Positions 1 through 8,846 of a DNA stretch of 64,000 nucleotides are shown piece after piece (position 1 is the first letter of the stretch; every line of letters starts with the position of its first letter). Origin of the DNA: an uncultured Hyphomicrobiales bacterium (GTDB lineage Bacteria; Pseudomonadota; Alphaproteobacteria; Rhodospirillales; CAYFNC01); assembly GCA_964344345.1 (NCBI GenBank), contig CAYFNC010000011.1, positions 18,325 through 82,324 on the forward strand. The letters run 5' to 3'. The notes beneath the pieces were generated by a model. It was given only the letters and a program-made list of their open reading frames with translations. It had not been told where the DNA came from and ran no database searches. The position numbers and the translations under genes are program-made.

Positions 1-1
1 A

Positions 2-391
2 AAGGCCGAGCCCTATCCCAAGAGCCCGTCCGGCATGCCGGGCGTCCAGACCCTGGTCCCGATCATGCTGGACCACGTCAACGCCGGGCGGCTCAGCCTC
101 GAGCGTTTCGTGGACCTGACCAGCGCCGGGCCCGCGCGCATCTACAACATCGCGCGCAAGGGGCGGATCGCGTTGGGCCTCGACGCCGACTTCACCGTCG
201 TCGACCTGAAGGCGCAAAAGACCATCACCGACCGCTGGATCGTCAGCCGCTGCGGCTGGACCCCGTTCGATGGACGCAAGGTCACGGGGTGGCCGATCAC
301 CACCATCGTGCGCGGACAACCGGTGATGCACGACGGCCAGCTTCTGGGCTCGCCGATCGGCGACGCCGTCCGTTTCCTTGAATGCCTCTAG
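2..391 (+). CDS. pyrC: dihydroorotase-type cyclic amidohydrolase, C-terminal fragment (gene begins upstream of window)
   Basis: Frame is open from base 2 (KAEPYPKSPSGMPGVQT...). The C-terminal region (LSLERFVDLTSAGPARIY...DADFTVVDL...WTPFDG) matches remembered dihydroorotase/allantoinase C-termini. Confidence 0.7.
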   Translation, partial: KAEPYPKSPSGMPGVQTLVPIMLDHVNAGRLSLERFVDLTSAGPARIYNIARKGRIALGLDADFTVVDLKAQKTITDRWIVSRCGWTPFDGRKVTGWPITTIVRGQPVMHDGQLLGSPIGDAVRFLECL

Positions 392-552
392 GGAAAAAAT
401 AGCGGTTGATTCCTCCGGTCGATTCAAGGAAGCTCTTTACCAAGAAGCGCCTAAAATATTAGAATAAGATAATATAAGGCGCGCCCAACAGGCCGCATGC
501 GACGCGGACGCGGGCGATATTACGGGTGGAAACGTCAGGCACGGAAGGTCGC

Positions 553-972
553 ATGTCCATCTTTACCGCTTGCAATGGGCTTCGGCAGTATTGCATCGAT
601 CACGAATGGGCGCGCAACGCCTTCGCGTTCGTGGGCGCGGCCCTGTTCGTCACCACCATCTGGGTGTCCATCGACTACCAGCTCGAGATCCTGGAATGGG
701 TTCGCGAGAATATTCTGATCAACCTGGCGATCCTGGGTCTGGTCAGCGCGGTCAACCTGACCTGCATGTTCGGCTCGCTCTGCCTCGGCTTCTCGGAGTG
801 TTCCGAAGAGGACAAGAACTGCCTGCACGCCTATCGCGGGCGCGGCAAGGGCGGGCCTCTGTTCCCCGACACCGCCAAGTTCATCGACAACATGGGCAAG
901 AACACCAAGCGCGGGTCGCGCCGCCCGATTTCCGACCACCATCTCGCGACCGGGCAGGACAATGGAAACTGA
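553..972 (+). CDS. hypothetical small membrane protein (two hydrophobic segments)
   Basis: ATG at 553 follows a GGAAGG Shine-Dalgarno sequence. The translation has two TM-like stretches (FAFVGAALFVTTIWV; LINLAILGLVSAVNL). The end overlaps the acuI start by 11 nt. No family recognised. Confidence 0.45.
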   Translation: MSIFTACNGLRQYCIDHEWARNAFAFVGAALFVTTIWVSIDYQLEILEWVRENILINLAILGLVSAVNLTCMFGSLCLGFSECSEEDKNCLHAYRGRGKGGPLFPDTAKFIDNMGKNTKRGSRRPISDHHLATGQDNGN

Positions 973-1960
973 TTGCTTTCGCGCCGTCGTCCTGGAAAAG
1001 GGCGACGACGGCGTCACGTCCGAAATCCGCACCCTCTCCAACGACCGGCTTCCCGAAGGCGACGTCACCGTCGCCGTGGAGTACTCCACCGTCAACTACA
1101 AGGACGGGCTGGTTCTGGGCGGGCTTGGGCGTTTGGTGCGGGAATACCCCCACGTTTCCGGCATCGACTTCGCGGGTGTGGTCGAGCATTCGTCCTCGCC
1201 CCGGTTCAAAGCGGGCGACAAGGTGGTGCTCACCGGCTGGCGCGTCGGCGAAATCCATTGGGGCGGACATGCGAGCCGCGCGCGGGTGAAGGCCGGCTGG
1301 CTGGTGCCGCTTCCCGACGCGCTTTCCACCCGCCAGGCCATGGCCATCGGAACCGCCGGCTTCACCGCCATGCTGTCGGTCATGGCGTTGGAGGAACACG
1401 GGCTCACCCCCGGCGAAGACCCGGTCCTGATCACGGGCGCCGCGGGCGGCGTCGGCAGCGTCGCCACGGCCATCCTCGCCAAGCTGGGGCACAAGGTCGC
1501 CGCGTCGACCGGGCGGGCCAAGGAGAAATCCTACCTGAAGGATCTCGGCGCGGCCGAGGTCGTCGATCGCGAGGACACCTACGCCCCGCCCAAGGGCCCG
1601 CTGGGGGCCGAACGCTGGGCGGGCGTCATCGACAACGTGGGCGGCAACGGGCTTGCGGCCGTTCTCGCCTCCATCCGCTACGGCGGAAGCTGCGCCGCCG
1701 TCGGCAACGCGGGCGGGTTGGACTTCGGCGGCAACGTGATTCCGTTCCTGCTGCGCGGGATCAACCTGCTCGGCATCGATTCCGTGATGTGCCCGCGTCC
1801 CCGCCGGGAAGAGGCGTGGCGACGCCTCGCCCAAGACCTTCCGCTGGACAAGCTGGATGCGACGGTTCACGAGGCATCTCTTGCCGATGTGCCCGAACTG
1901 GGCGGCAAAATCCTCCGGGGCGAGGTGCGCGGCCGGGCCGTGATCGACGTCAACGCCTGA
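962..1960 (+). CDS. acuI: YhdH/AcuI-type NADPH-dependent acrylyl-CoA reductase (MDR superfamily)
   Basis: Similar along its full length to remembered E. coli YhdH (LPEGDVTV.V.YS..NYKD, TGW.VGE.HWGG, IGTAGFTAML, ITGA.GGVGS). Confidence 0.85.
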   Translation: METDCFRAVVLEKGDDGVTSEIRTLSNDRLPEGDVTVAVEYSTVNYKDGLVLGGLGRLVREYPHVSGIDFAGVVEHSSSPRFKAGDKVVLTGWRVGEIHWGGHASRARVKAGWLVPLPDALSTRQAMAIGTAGFTAMLSVMALEEHGLTPGEDPVLITGAAGGVGSVATAILAKLGHKVAASTGRAKEKSYLKDLGAAEVVDREDTYAPPKGPLGAERWAGVIDNVGGNGLAAVLASIRYGGSCAAVGNAGGLDFGGNVIPFLLRGINLLGIDSVMCPRPRREEAWRRLAQDLPLDKLDATVHEASLADVPELGGKILRGEVRGRAVIDVNA

Positions 1961-2098
1961 CCGGGCGCGCCGTTAACCATCTGCCGAAACTGATTCTTTT
2001 CCGCCGGGCGCGTTCTGGCCCGGAGATTGCAGAATATTCTTCCGAACCAATGCGGGACGAAGCATCCCGCGCCAAAGAGACGGAACGGGAGATGCAGA

Positions 2099-2536
2099 AT
2101 GCGCAAGATTATCGCCCTCGCGGGGTTCGCCGCGATCATGCTGTCGGGCTGCGGCGGTTACGTTTCCAAGTACGAAGAGCACGTTCATGACATGGAGCCG
2201 GTGTACTGCTATCGCACCATCGGCGGAATCACCTGCCACGGCCAACCCGACCACACCCGCGAGGCGCGGCTGGTGAACTACTTCGGCCCGGCGCCGTCCC
2301 GCTACGAGAAGCCCGCCCCGCTTCCGGAACCCGAACTCTACGCGCCCCAGGACGTCGGCTACTACGTGATGGACCCGGAACCCGTGCCCGAACCGGCGTC
2401 GACCGGCCAGACCGTGCTGCCCTGGTCCGCCCAGCAGCAGGCGGCGCATGGCTACGGCCAGGGCTCCGTGGACGATTTCGTGGCTTCCATGTCACACGAG
2501 CTCGCCGTTCCCTCCGAATCTTACCAGCAACCCTGA
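2099..2536 (+). CDS. lipoprotein of unknown function
   Basis: MRKIIALAGFAAIMLSGC is a signal peptide with a lipobox (LSGC). A GGGAGA Shine-Dalgarno sequence lies 6 nt upstream of the ATG at 2099. Confidence 0.6.
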   Translation: MRKIIALAGFAAIMLSGCGGYVSKYEEHVHDMEPVYCYRTIGGITCHGQPDHTREARLVNYFGPAPSRYEKPAPLPEPELYAPQDVGYYVMDPEPVPEPASTGQTVLPWSAQQQAAHGYGQGSVDDFVASMSHELAVPSESYQQP

Positions 2537-2611
2537 ACCAGCATTGGACTCGCCCCCCAAAGGGGGCTATAGTAAAGATCTCCTGTTTAGGGAAACCGAT
2601 GCGTTGAAATT

Positions 2612-2640
2612 AACCCCGCCTCCGGCGGGGTTCTTTTTTG
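2612..2640 (+). terminator. Rho-independent terminator (AACCCCGCC-TCC-GGCGGGGTT followed by CTTTTTT)
   Basis: A 9-bp GC-rich stem, a 3-nt loop and a T-run lie 76 nt after the lipoprotein stop. The reverse strand has an A-run then TTAATTT, so it may act weakly in both directions. Confidence 0.7.
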
Positions 2641-2762
2641 GTTCCTCGGCGTTGCGTGTTCGGTATTGCGGCGGAAGACGCCGAATTCCCTCCGTGATCA
2701 ATATTCGCAAAAACCATGAAGCGCTCCGTGTTGGCCTTCGGCCGCACAAACGCCGCGCGGGC

Positions 2763-4046
2763 TTACGAGCGATGGTGAGTAAGAAGAATGATCGCGAGAG
2801 CGGGCGTCAGCTCCCGCAGCAGGTTCTTCTGAACTTCCGTAAACTCCTTGAAATGCGCAAGCTCGACTACGCCGAGAGGACTGTCGAGATGCGTTACAGG
2901 CAGCATGGTGATCTTAGTCGGAGCGGCATGGCCTGTCCCGGAGCGGACCTGGAGATAAGCTTCCGGGATCTCTTTAAGGCTTATCTCCTTTCTTTCGCGA
3001 GCGCATTGTCCGACGAGGCCTTCGCCCATGGCGACCGGACCGACGGACAAGCGTTCACCGCGGGTCGCATACGATCCCTCCGGGATCAAAGCCTCCGAAG
3101 CCTCATCGACCACGAAAAAGATCCCATAACCGCATTCCAACAGTCGCGCAATTCGCCGGATCGCGATTCCCGATACCTCTTCCGTGGTTTTCGCCTGTTG
3201 AATCTCGACTGAAATCGACGCGACATTGGACCGCACCCAGGCTACCTCCTCCATTTCATTCAATGCTTCTTTGAACGAGTTCGCCGCCTTGGCCATGACC
3301 CCGATTTCGTCGCGACGCTCCGTGGAGGGTATTTCGATATCCTTGTTTCCCTCGGCCAGCGCCCGAAAGGACGCCGCCATGGCGTCGATGGGGTTGGCGA
3401 TCAATGAGCCAATCCAGAACGCCAACACGACGCCGCCGATTACGCCGCCGATAATACTAATGCCGACTATCGAGTAGGTCATGTTGATGGTCGTCGCGTT
3501 TTCCTCTTGGCGTTCATTCAGCAGCCGTTCCTCCTCCGCCCGGAATTCGGACATGACGACGCGGAATTTGTCGAAGTACTGCTTTCCCTTGGTCTGCGCG
3601 ACCATATTTGCAATGTCATCCATGCTCATTCCGGCGCCGACTTGACGCCGGAGCTCGATGGCGGGCTCCGAGATTTGGCGTTGCCATTGCCGCAGAATTC
3701 CTTCCGCTCGCGCGAGGCGTTCGACCTGCGGTGGGTTGTCCGAAACCGTTTCCTGCAAAGTCGCGATTTCGCCGTATACGGCGTTCTCCCCGGATCGGTA
3801 TGGTTCGAGAAATTCTTCTTTCCCCGCCAGCAGGAAACCTCGCAGGCCGGTTTCCATATCTACGGCGGCGCGGCTGATCTCTTCGGCGGTCCCCATCACC
3901 CGATGGGTATGTTGAACCCACTTCACCGCATGCAGAAGGCCGCCAAGGCCAGTGATGGTGACGGCTCCCAAAATCAGAAGAAAGACCAACGGCGCGCATG
4001 AGCCGATTAGGACTTTCCACTTGGTCGGGAAATTCGAGAACCCCAA
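2763..4046 (-). CDS. CHASE3-HAMP-GAF sensor protein with no recognisable output domain
   Basis: N-terminal TM, then a CHASE3-like periplasmic region (HTHRV...ETG.RGFLL.G...FLEPY). A second TM and a HAMP follow (PIDAMAASFRALAEGN...RRDEIGVMAKAANSF). The C-terminal region is GAF-like (GEGLVGQCARE...). No kinase, cyclase or MCP signalling domain follows. Confidence 0.65.
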   Translation of the reverse strand: MGFSNFPTKWKVLIGSCAPLVFLLILGAVTITGLGGLLHAVKWVQHTHRVMGTAEEISRAAVDMETGLRGFLLAGKEEFLEPYRSGENAVYGEIATLQETVSDNPPQVERLARAEGILRQWQRQISEPAIELRRQVGAGMSMDDIANMVAQTKGKQYFDKFRVVMSEFRAEEERLLNERQEENATTINMTYSIVGISIIGGVIGGVVLAFWIGSLIANPIDAMAASFRALAEGNKDIEIPSTERRDEIGVMAKAANSFKEALNEMEEVAWVRSNVASISVEIQQAKTTEEVSGIAIRRIARLLECGYGIFFVVDEASEALIPEGSYATRGERLSVGPVAMGEGLVGQCARERKEISLKEIPEAYLQVRSGTGHAAPTKITMLPVTHLDSPLGVVELAHFKEFTEVQKNLLRELTPALAIILLTHHRS

Positions 4047-4304
4047 ACCGATTCCCCTCTTGGCCGGCGCGCCGACGAATAGGTCTTCAGAGGAGCCTAC
4101 CCTATTATCCTATAAGAAGGTGAGAGGGGATTCGCAAGGCGCCCCCGAGGATCCGCGGAAGCATCTCCCTTGGATCATCACCAGACCCCAACGCGTTTCG
4201 CGACCGACGCCGGAAATGCGGGCCGATGCGGCGGCAATCCATCCGGCAATTCCTTATCAACGTCGAGGAGCCTATTATTGGCGTTATTCCCCTGAAAGAC
4301 GGAC

Positions 4305-4667
4305 CTACTCGTCCTCGCCGCGATAGACGCATCCGGCCGTGCAGGTCTCCCGGATTCCGACTTGCGAGAGACCGGGCAGGCCGGGCTTCAGCCTCCGCCA
4401 GATCCAGCGGGCGATCTCCTCGCTGGTGGGGTTCTCGAGGCCCTCGATCTCGTTCAGGAAATTATGGTCGAGCTGTTCCAGAAGGGGCTTGAACGCCGCC
4501 TTCACGTCGGCGAAGTCCATCACCCATCCGGCGTCGGGATCCATCGGCCCGGCGACGTGGATCGCGACCCGGAACGAATGGCCGTGCAGGCGGCGGCACT
4601 TGTGGCCCGGCGGCGTGTTGGGCAGGTGGTGGGCCGCCTCGAAGGTGAATTCCTTGAAAATCTCCAC
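4305..4667 (-). CDS. queD: 6-carboxy-5,6,7,8-tetrahydropterin synthase
   Basis: [16 protein letters not shown]...GHKC.RLHGHSF is the classic QueD/PTPS signature, and the length (120 aa) fits. Confidence 0.9.
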   Translation of the reverse strand: MEIFKEFTFEAAHHLPNTPPGHKCRRLHGHSFRVAIHVAGPMDPDAGWVMDFADVKAAFKPLLEQLDHNFLNEIEGLENPTSEEIARWIWRRLKPGLPGLSQVGIRETCTAGCVYRGEDE

Positions 4668-4670
4668 GCC

Positions 4671-4985
4671 CTAATGGCCCTTTCGCCTCGGCAGGTACCC
4701 GTCCGCGCCCAGCTTTTCGAAATGGCGCGAAACGTCCGGATGGTCCACGGGGCCGCGGGTCTCGTCCGGCTCCAGGTTCCGTTCGGCAACATAGGCGCGC
4801 GCGTCCGCGCCGTCCATCAGAACGTGGTACCAGGGGCGGTCCTTGGGCGGGCGGGTCTTGGCGACCTGGTCGTACCAGTCGTCCGACCCCTTGAAGTACG
4901 GGTCCACATCGAGCACCACGCCCCGGTATCCGAATAGCCGGTGGTGGATCAACTGCCCCACGTGGAATTTGGCGCGCGTCTGCAT
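4671..4985 (-). CDS. hspQ: heat-shock protein HspQ / hemimethylated-DNA-binding (YccV) family
   Basis: FHVGQLIHHRLFGYRGVVLDVDP...PWYHVL is the YccV/HspQ signature. Only 3 nt separate it from queD. Confidence 0.8.
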   Translation of the reverse strand: MQTRAKFHVGQLIHHRLFGYRGVVLDVDPYFKGSDDWYDQVAKTRPPKDRPWYHVLMDGADARAYVAERNLEPDETRGPVDHPDVSRHFEKLGADGYLPRRKGH

Positions 4986-4992
4986 GGCCGGA

Positions 4993-6234
4993 TCAGTGAA
5001 CCTGGGCGGACTCTTCGGCCATTATATGGGTATTCGCGTCCGCCGTCGCCGTCACCGGAAGGGAAAAGGAGAAGACGCTGCCCTCGCCCAAGGCCGACTC
5101 GCACCGGATATGCCCGTCCATGCGCCTGAGCAGGGATTGAACGTAGGCGAGCCCCATGCCCTCGCCCTCGGTGTCCTGCTTGCCGACGCGCTTGAAAACC
5201 TCGAACACGTGGGGAATGTCCGCCTCTGCGATGCCGCGCCCGGTGTCGCGGATGCGGAAGACCTGGTATTCCCGCTCCCGCTCCGCCATGACGGAGATTT
5301 CCCGGGAGCCGTCCGCGGACATGAACTTGACCGCGTTGCCGAGCAGGTTGCCGACGACCTGCTCCATGGCGGTCCTGTCCGCCATGACCGGGGGCAAGGG
5401 GCCGACGTCGACGGTGATTCCCTTTTCCTCGATCTGGAAGGCGAGCGCGTCCAGGGTTTCCTTGACCAGCGCGTTCATGTCGATGGTCTCGGGACGCATT
5501 TCCCGCTGGCCGGCCTTGGAGTAGTCCAGAATCGTATCCACCAGATGCATCATCCGCGCGGAGGAGCTGGCGATGTAGCCGAGCGATTCGGCGAGTTCGT
5601 CGTCCAGGCATTTCCCGATCGCGGCGCGCTGCCTGTCGGAAAGGGTCTGTTTGATCTCGTCCAACTGCTTGCGCGCTTCGTCCAGGTTGGATTTCGCGAT
5701 CTCGCCGAATCCGATGATGCTGACCAGCGGCGAGCGAAGGTCGTGCGACACGATGCTGGCGTAGCGCGGCACGTCCCGGTTCATCTGGCCCAACTCCTGG
5801 ATCAGGCGGTGCAGGTCCTCCTCGACCTCCTTGCGGACGGCGATTTCGGTGTTGAGCTTATGGATCTGCTCCTCCTGGCGGCGGCGCTCCTCGAGGATCG
5901 CCGGGATCAACCTGCGGAACAGAAGCCCGATCACCAGAACCGCGACGATGACGTTCAGGATTTTCGGAATGAAGACGATGTGGGGCTGGACCAGGAAGTC
6001 GAAAATCTCCTTGGGCAGCATCCCGACCCTGGCGGTGTACCAGGTCCCGAAGAAGGCGCTTTCGAACAGGCTGCGGAAGGCGTCGATGGCGAGCACCAGA
6101 AGCAGGACGGCGAAGGCCTTGCCGATGTCCCCGCTCGATTTGCGGTGCTTGTAATAGAACGCAAGGATCAACGCCCACAGGACGATCAGTATCCAGTAGG
6201 TCACGGGCGTCAGGATAGAGAAAATTTCGGCCAT
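4993..6234 (-). CDS. membrane-bound sensor histidine kinase
   Basis: Multi-TM N-terminus, a coiled linker, H-box SIVSHDLRSPL, N-box GNLLGNAVKF and G-boxes (DTGRGI, GEGMGL). Confidence 0.85.
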   Translation of the reverse strand: MAEIFSILTPVTYWILIVLWALILAFYYKHRKSSGDIGKAFAVLLLVLAIDAFRSLFESAFFGTWYTARVGMLPKEIFDFLVQPHIVFIPKILNVIVAVLVIGLLFRRLIPAILEERRRQEEQIHKLNTEIAVRKEVEEDLHRLIQELGQMNRDVPRYASIVSHDLRSPLVSIIGFGEIAKSNLDEARKQLDEIKQTLSDRQRAAIGKCLDDELAESLGYIASSSARMMHLVDTILDYSKAGQREMRPETIDMNALVKETLDALAFQIEEKGITVDVGPLPPVMADRTAMEQVVGNLLGNAVKFMSADGSREISVMAEREREYQVFRIRDTGRGIAEADIPHVFEVFKRVGKQDTEGEGMGLAYVQSLLRRMDGHIRCESALGEGSVFSFSLPVTATADANTHIMAEESAQVH

Positions 6235-6365
6235 GCAATTCCACCGCCGGTCAACATTTTCCGGTCGCGGTATTGAACCAGGGATTGCAGCGCCGGTAAA
6301 GCGCTTCGTCGCAATCCGCTCGTCGTCCGCACGGATTATGGACAGAAGGCCAAGTCATTAATAAG

Positions 6366-7088
6366 ATGGATCAAACCGTTTCTGTCGTCGAGACGCGCAT
6401 GCGCGAACAATTATTCCTCTCCTTACTGGCGGGCTTGTTGCTGCTGGTCTACCACATTCTCTTGTGGCGAAAGCTACGCGTCAGCCCGGCCGAGACCTCC
6501 ATCGGTCTCGCCAACCAGCGCCGCGCCCAGTGGGTGGAGCGGCTGATGACGGAGAACAAGGACATCCTGGCGGTCCAGACGCTGCGCAACCTGACCATGG
6601 CGGCGAGCTTCCTGGCCACCACCGCGATCATGCTGGGCCTCGCAACCATGAACGCGCTGTTGGGCGAGGGAGCCAGGGACGAGACCCTGCGGCTTCTGTC
6701 CGAGGACGTCATGACGGCGGACAAGCTGTGGGTGATCAAGCTGCTGTTCCTCAGCGGCACCTTCTTTTTCAGCTTTTTCAATTTCATGCTGTCGGTGCGC
6801 TACTACAACCACGCCGCCGTGTTCATCAACGTCTATCCGGCCGAGGACGACGCCCGCAACCTGCACAAGCCCGGCCTGTTCATCAAGATGAACAACCTGC
6901 CCAAGGTCCACGTTGCGCTTCGACCCGTGGCCGAAGCCTTCAACCACGGCGCCGCCCACTACACGCTCGGCATGCGGGGCTATTACTTCGTGCTGCCGTT
7001 TTCGCTCTGGCTGTTCGGCGGGGGGTGGTTCTTGATCGGATCGATCCTGCTCGTCGTCGTGCTCACGCGCATCGACAGCGCGGGCTAG
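6366..7088 (+). CDS. DUF599-family membrane protein
   Basis: Size (240 aa), TM pattern and the motif RR.QWVERLM...DILAVQTLRN match remembered DUF599 proteins. Confidence 0.6.
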   Translation: MDQTVSVVETRMREQLFLSLLAGLLLLVYHILLWRKLRVSPAETSIGLANQRRAQWVERLMTENKDILAVQTLRNLTMAASFLATTAIMLGLATMNALLGEGARDETLRLLSEDVMTADKLWVIKLLFLSGTFFFSFFNFMLSVRYYNHAAVFINVYPAEDDARNLHKPGLFIKMNNLPKVHVALRPVAEAFNHGAAHYTLGMRGYYFVLPFSLWLFGGGWFLIGSILLVVVLTRIDSAG

Positions 7089-7900
7089 GCGGAAGCGCCC
7101 GACAGGGCCGGGGACAGAAGCTCGCGCAGGCGGGCGAGGGCGCGGACCTCGATTTGGCGGACCCGGGCCTTGGACACGCCCAGTTCGCGGCCCACGGCCT
7201 CGAGCGTCTGGCGCGCCTCGTCCAGGTAGCGCCGCCGGATCACAAGCTGCTCGCGCGCGGAAAGCGCCTGGAGCGCCCGGGAGATCAGCTCGATCACGCG
7301 TCTTCGGTCCAGCGCGGCCTCCGGGTTGGCCCGCGCGCAGGCGAGGCGGTCGAGCCAGGTTTCCCCGTCGCCGCCGCCCGCCGGAAGGTCGAGGGACAGG
7401 TCGCCCGCGAGGCGGCGCGCCGTCGCGGCCACGTCGGCGGCCGAGATGTTGAACCGGCCCGCCAACCGGGCGGCGAGCTCCTCGGAAATTTCGCCTTTCA
7501 TCTGACGCAGCGACATGCCGAGCGAGCGCTGCGCCTTGGTCGTTCCCACCCGGACCATGGACCAAGACCGCGCCACGTGGTCCTGGATGGCGGCGCGGAT
7601 CCACCACATGGCGTAGGTGGACAGCCGGGTGTCGCGTTCTGGATTGAACCGCCGCACCGCCTGCATGAGCCCGAGCGCCCCCTCCTGGATCAGGTCGCTG
7701 ATGGGCAGCCCGTGGCCGCGATAGCGCTTGGCGATCTTGACCACCATGCGCATGTGGCTGGACACCAGCGCGCCCGCGGCCGCGTCGTCGCCGTCGCCCG
7801 CCCGGCGCGCGAGATCGCGCTCCTGCTCGGCGTCGAGCATCGGTTGGCGCGCCGCCTCGCGCAATAGACGCCGCAAGGGCGACGCCGGGGATTCGGACAT
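7085..7900 (-). CDS. RNA polymerase sigma-70-family factor, RpoH (sigma-32)-like with a divergent RpoH box
   Basis: Regions 2-4 are recognisable (HMRMVVKIAKRYRGHGLPISDLIQEGALGLMQAVRRFNPERDTRLSTYAMWWIRAAI). The RpoH-box position reads TTKAQRSLGMSLRQ rather than QRKLFFNLR. Start chosen at the ATG at 7900 (MSESPAS); the longer ORF to 8167 looks like run-on. Confidence 0.75.
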   Translation of the reverse strand: MSESPASPLRRLLREAARQPMLDAEQERDLARRAGDGDDAAAGALVSSHMRMVVKIAKRYRGHGLPISDLIQEGALGLMQAVRRFNPERDTRLSTYAMWWIRAAIQDHVARSWSMVRVGTTKAQRSLGMSLRQMKGEISEELAARLAGRFNISAADVAATARRLAGDLSLDLPAGGGDGETWLDRLACARANPEAALDRRRVIELISRALQALSAREQLVIRRRYLDEARQTLEAVGRELGVSKARVRQIEVRALARLRELLSPALSGASA

Positions 7901-7935
7901 GGCGAACTTCCATGCGGATTGCGTTGCGTTCGCCA

Positions 7936-7961
7936 GGATAATACTTAAATGCATATTATCC
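7936..7961. promoter_or_regulatory. inverted repeat GGATAATA-N10-TATTATCC in the sigma / TetR divergent intergenic region
   Basis: Perfect 8-bp arms read directly from the sequence. The repeat sits 25 nt upstream of the TetR ATG and 36 nt upstream of the sigma-factor ATG. Confidence 0.5.
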
Positions 7962-7985
7962 AATCCTGGGACGGAGGAAGCCGCC

Positions 7986-8642
7986 ATGGCCCGCAAGACG
8001 AAGACCAAAGCCGCCGACGGCCGCGACCTGCGCGCGCGCGTCGTCGACGCCGCCCTGGACCTAGCCGAAAAGGGCGAGTGGCCCGACGCGACCATGGCCG
8101 CCGTCGCCCGCGAGGCCGAAGCGGACCTGGGCGACGTCCTCGCGGCCTTTCCCTGCAAGTCCGCCATCGTTCACGGCCTTCTCGCCCGCGTCGACGAACA
8201 GGTCATGGCGGCCTGGCGTGACACCGCCTTCGAGGACGAGCCGCCCCGCGACCGCCTCTTCGACGTCCTGATGCGCCGCTTCGACGCGCTCGCGCCCCGC
8301 AAGGCGGGGGTCCGTGCGCTGATCGAGGGGCTTCGCGATGACCCCCTCGCCGCGCTCGCCTGGGGGCCCCGGTTCCTGCAATCCATGGCCTGGATGCTGG
8401 AGGCGGCGGGCGTGTCCGCCGACGGCGCCCGGGGCGCGCTCCGGGTTCCCGGGCTCGGCGCCGTCTATCTCCGCGCCTTCCGGGTCTGGCTCCACGACGA
8501 CAGCCCCGACATGGCCCGGACCATGGCGGCGCTCGACAAGGGACTGGGACGGGCGGAAAGGGCGGAGCGCTTTTTTTGCGGGCTCTCCCCGCGGCGGCGA
8601 CGCCGCCGGGAAACGCCGGACAAGACGGCGGACGCCCCGTGA
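7986..8642 (+). CDS. TetR/AcrR-family transcriptional regulator
   Basis: N-terminal HTH region (RARVVDAALDLAEKGEWPDATMAAVAREAEADLGDV) is TetR_N-like. A GGAGGA Shine-Dalgarno sequence precedes the ATG at 7986. Confidence 0.7.
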   Translation: MARKTKTKAADGRDLRARVVDAALDLAEKGEWPDATMAAVAREAEADLGDVLAAFPCKSAIVHGLLARVDEQVMAAWRDTAFEDEPPRDRLFDVLMRRFDALAPRKAGVRALIEGLRDDPLAALAWGPRFLQSMAWMLEAAGVSADGARGALRVPGLGAVYLRAFRVWLHDDSPDMARTMAALDKGLGRAERAERFFCGLSPRRRRRRETPDKTADAP

Positions 8643-8673
8643 CGCGGTGCAGCAAAATAGCGAAAACCGGCCA

Positions 8674-8749
8674 TTGTGCAGTGCAGCATAAATGCCGTAA
8701 CTTACTGCAAAATATTGGGAAAATTTATTTTTGTGCAGTGCAACATAAA
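8674..8749. promoter_or_regulatory. two 19-bp direct repeats TTGTGCAGTGCA(G/A)CATAAA (8674-8692 and 8731-8749), each with a TGCA-N-TGCA palindromic core
   Basis: Read directly: 18 of 19 positions are identical, the start-to-start spacing is 57 bp, and the second copy abuts the predicted -35 of the phasin promoter. Confidence 0.6.
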
Positions 8750-8751
8750 AC

Positions 8752-8780
8752 TTGACTCTCGGCGGCGCTTTTGGCATATT
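8752..8780 (+). promoter_or_regulatory. sigma-70-type promoter for the phasin gene (TTGACT-17 nt-CATATT)
   Basis: -35 at 8752-8757 and -10 at 8775-8780 with a 17-nt spacer, 67 nt upstream of the phasin ATG. Confidence 0.5.
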
Positions 8781-8846
8781 GTGTCTCGCAACATGAACCC
8801 GCGAGCAACCGCGCGACGAACCCTTCTAGATCAGTGGAGCGACACA

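Noticed and set aside
7901-8167. N-terminal 89-aa extension of the sigma-factor ORF (start at 8167).
   Set aside because: The extension is Ala/Ser/Arg-rich, overlaps the TetR gene on the other strand, and precedes a good ATG at 7900 where family similarity begins.
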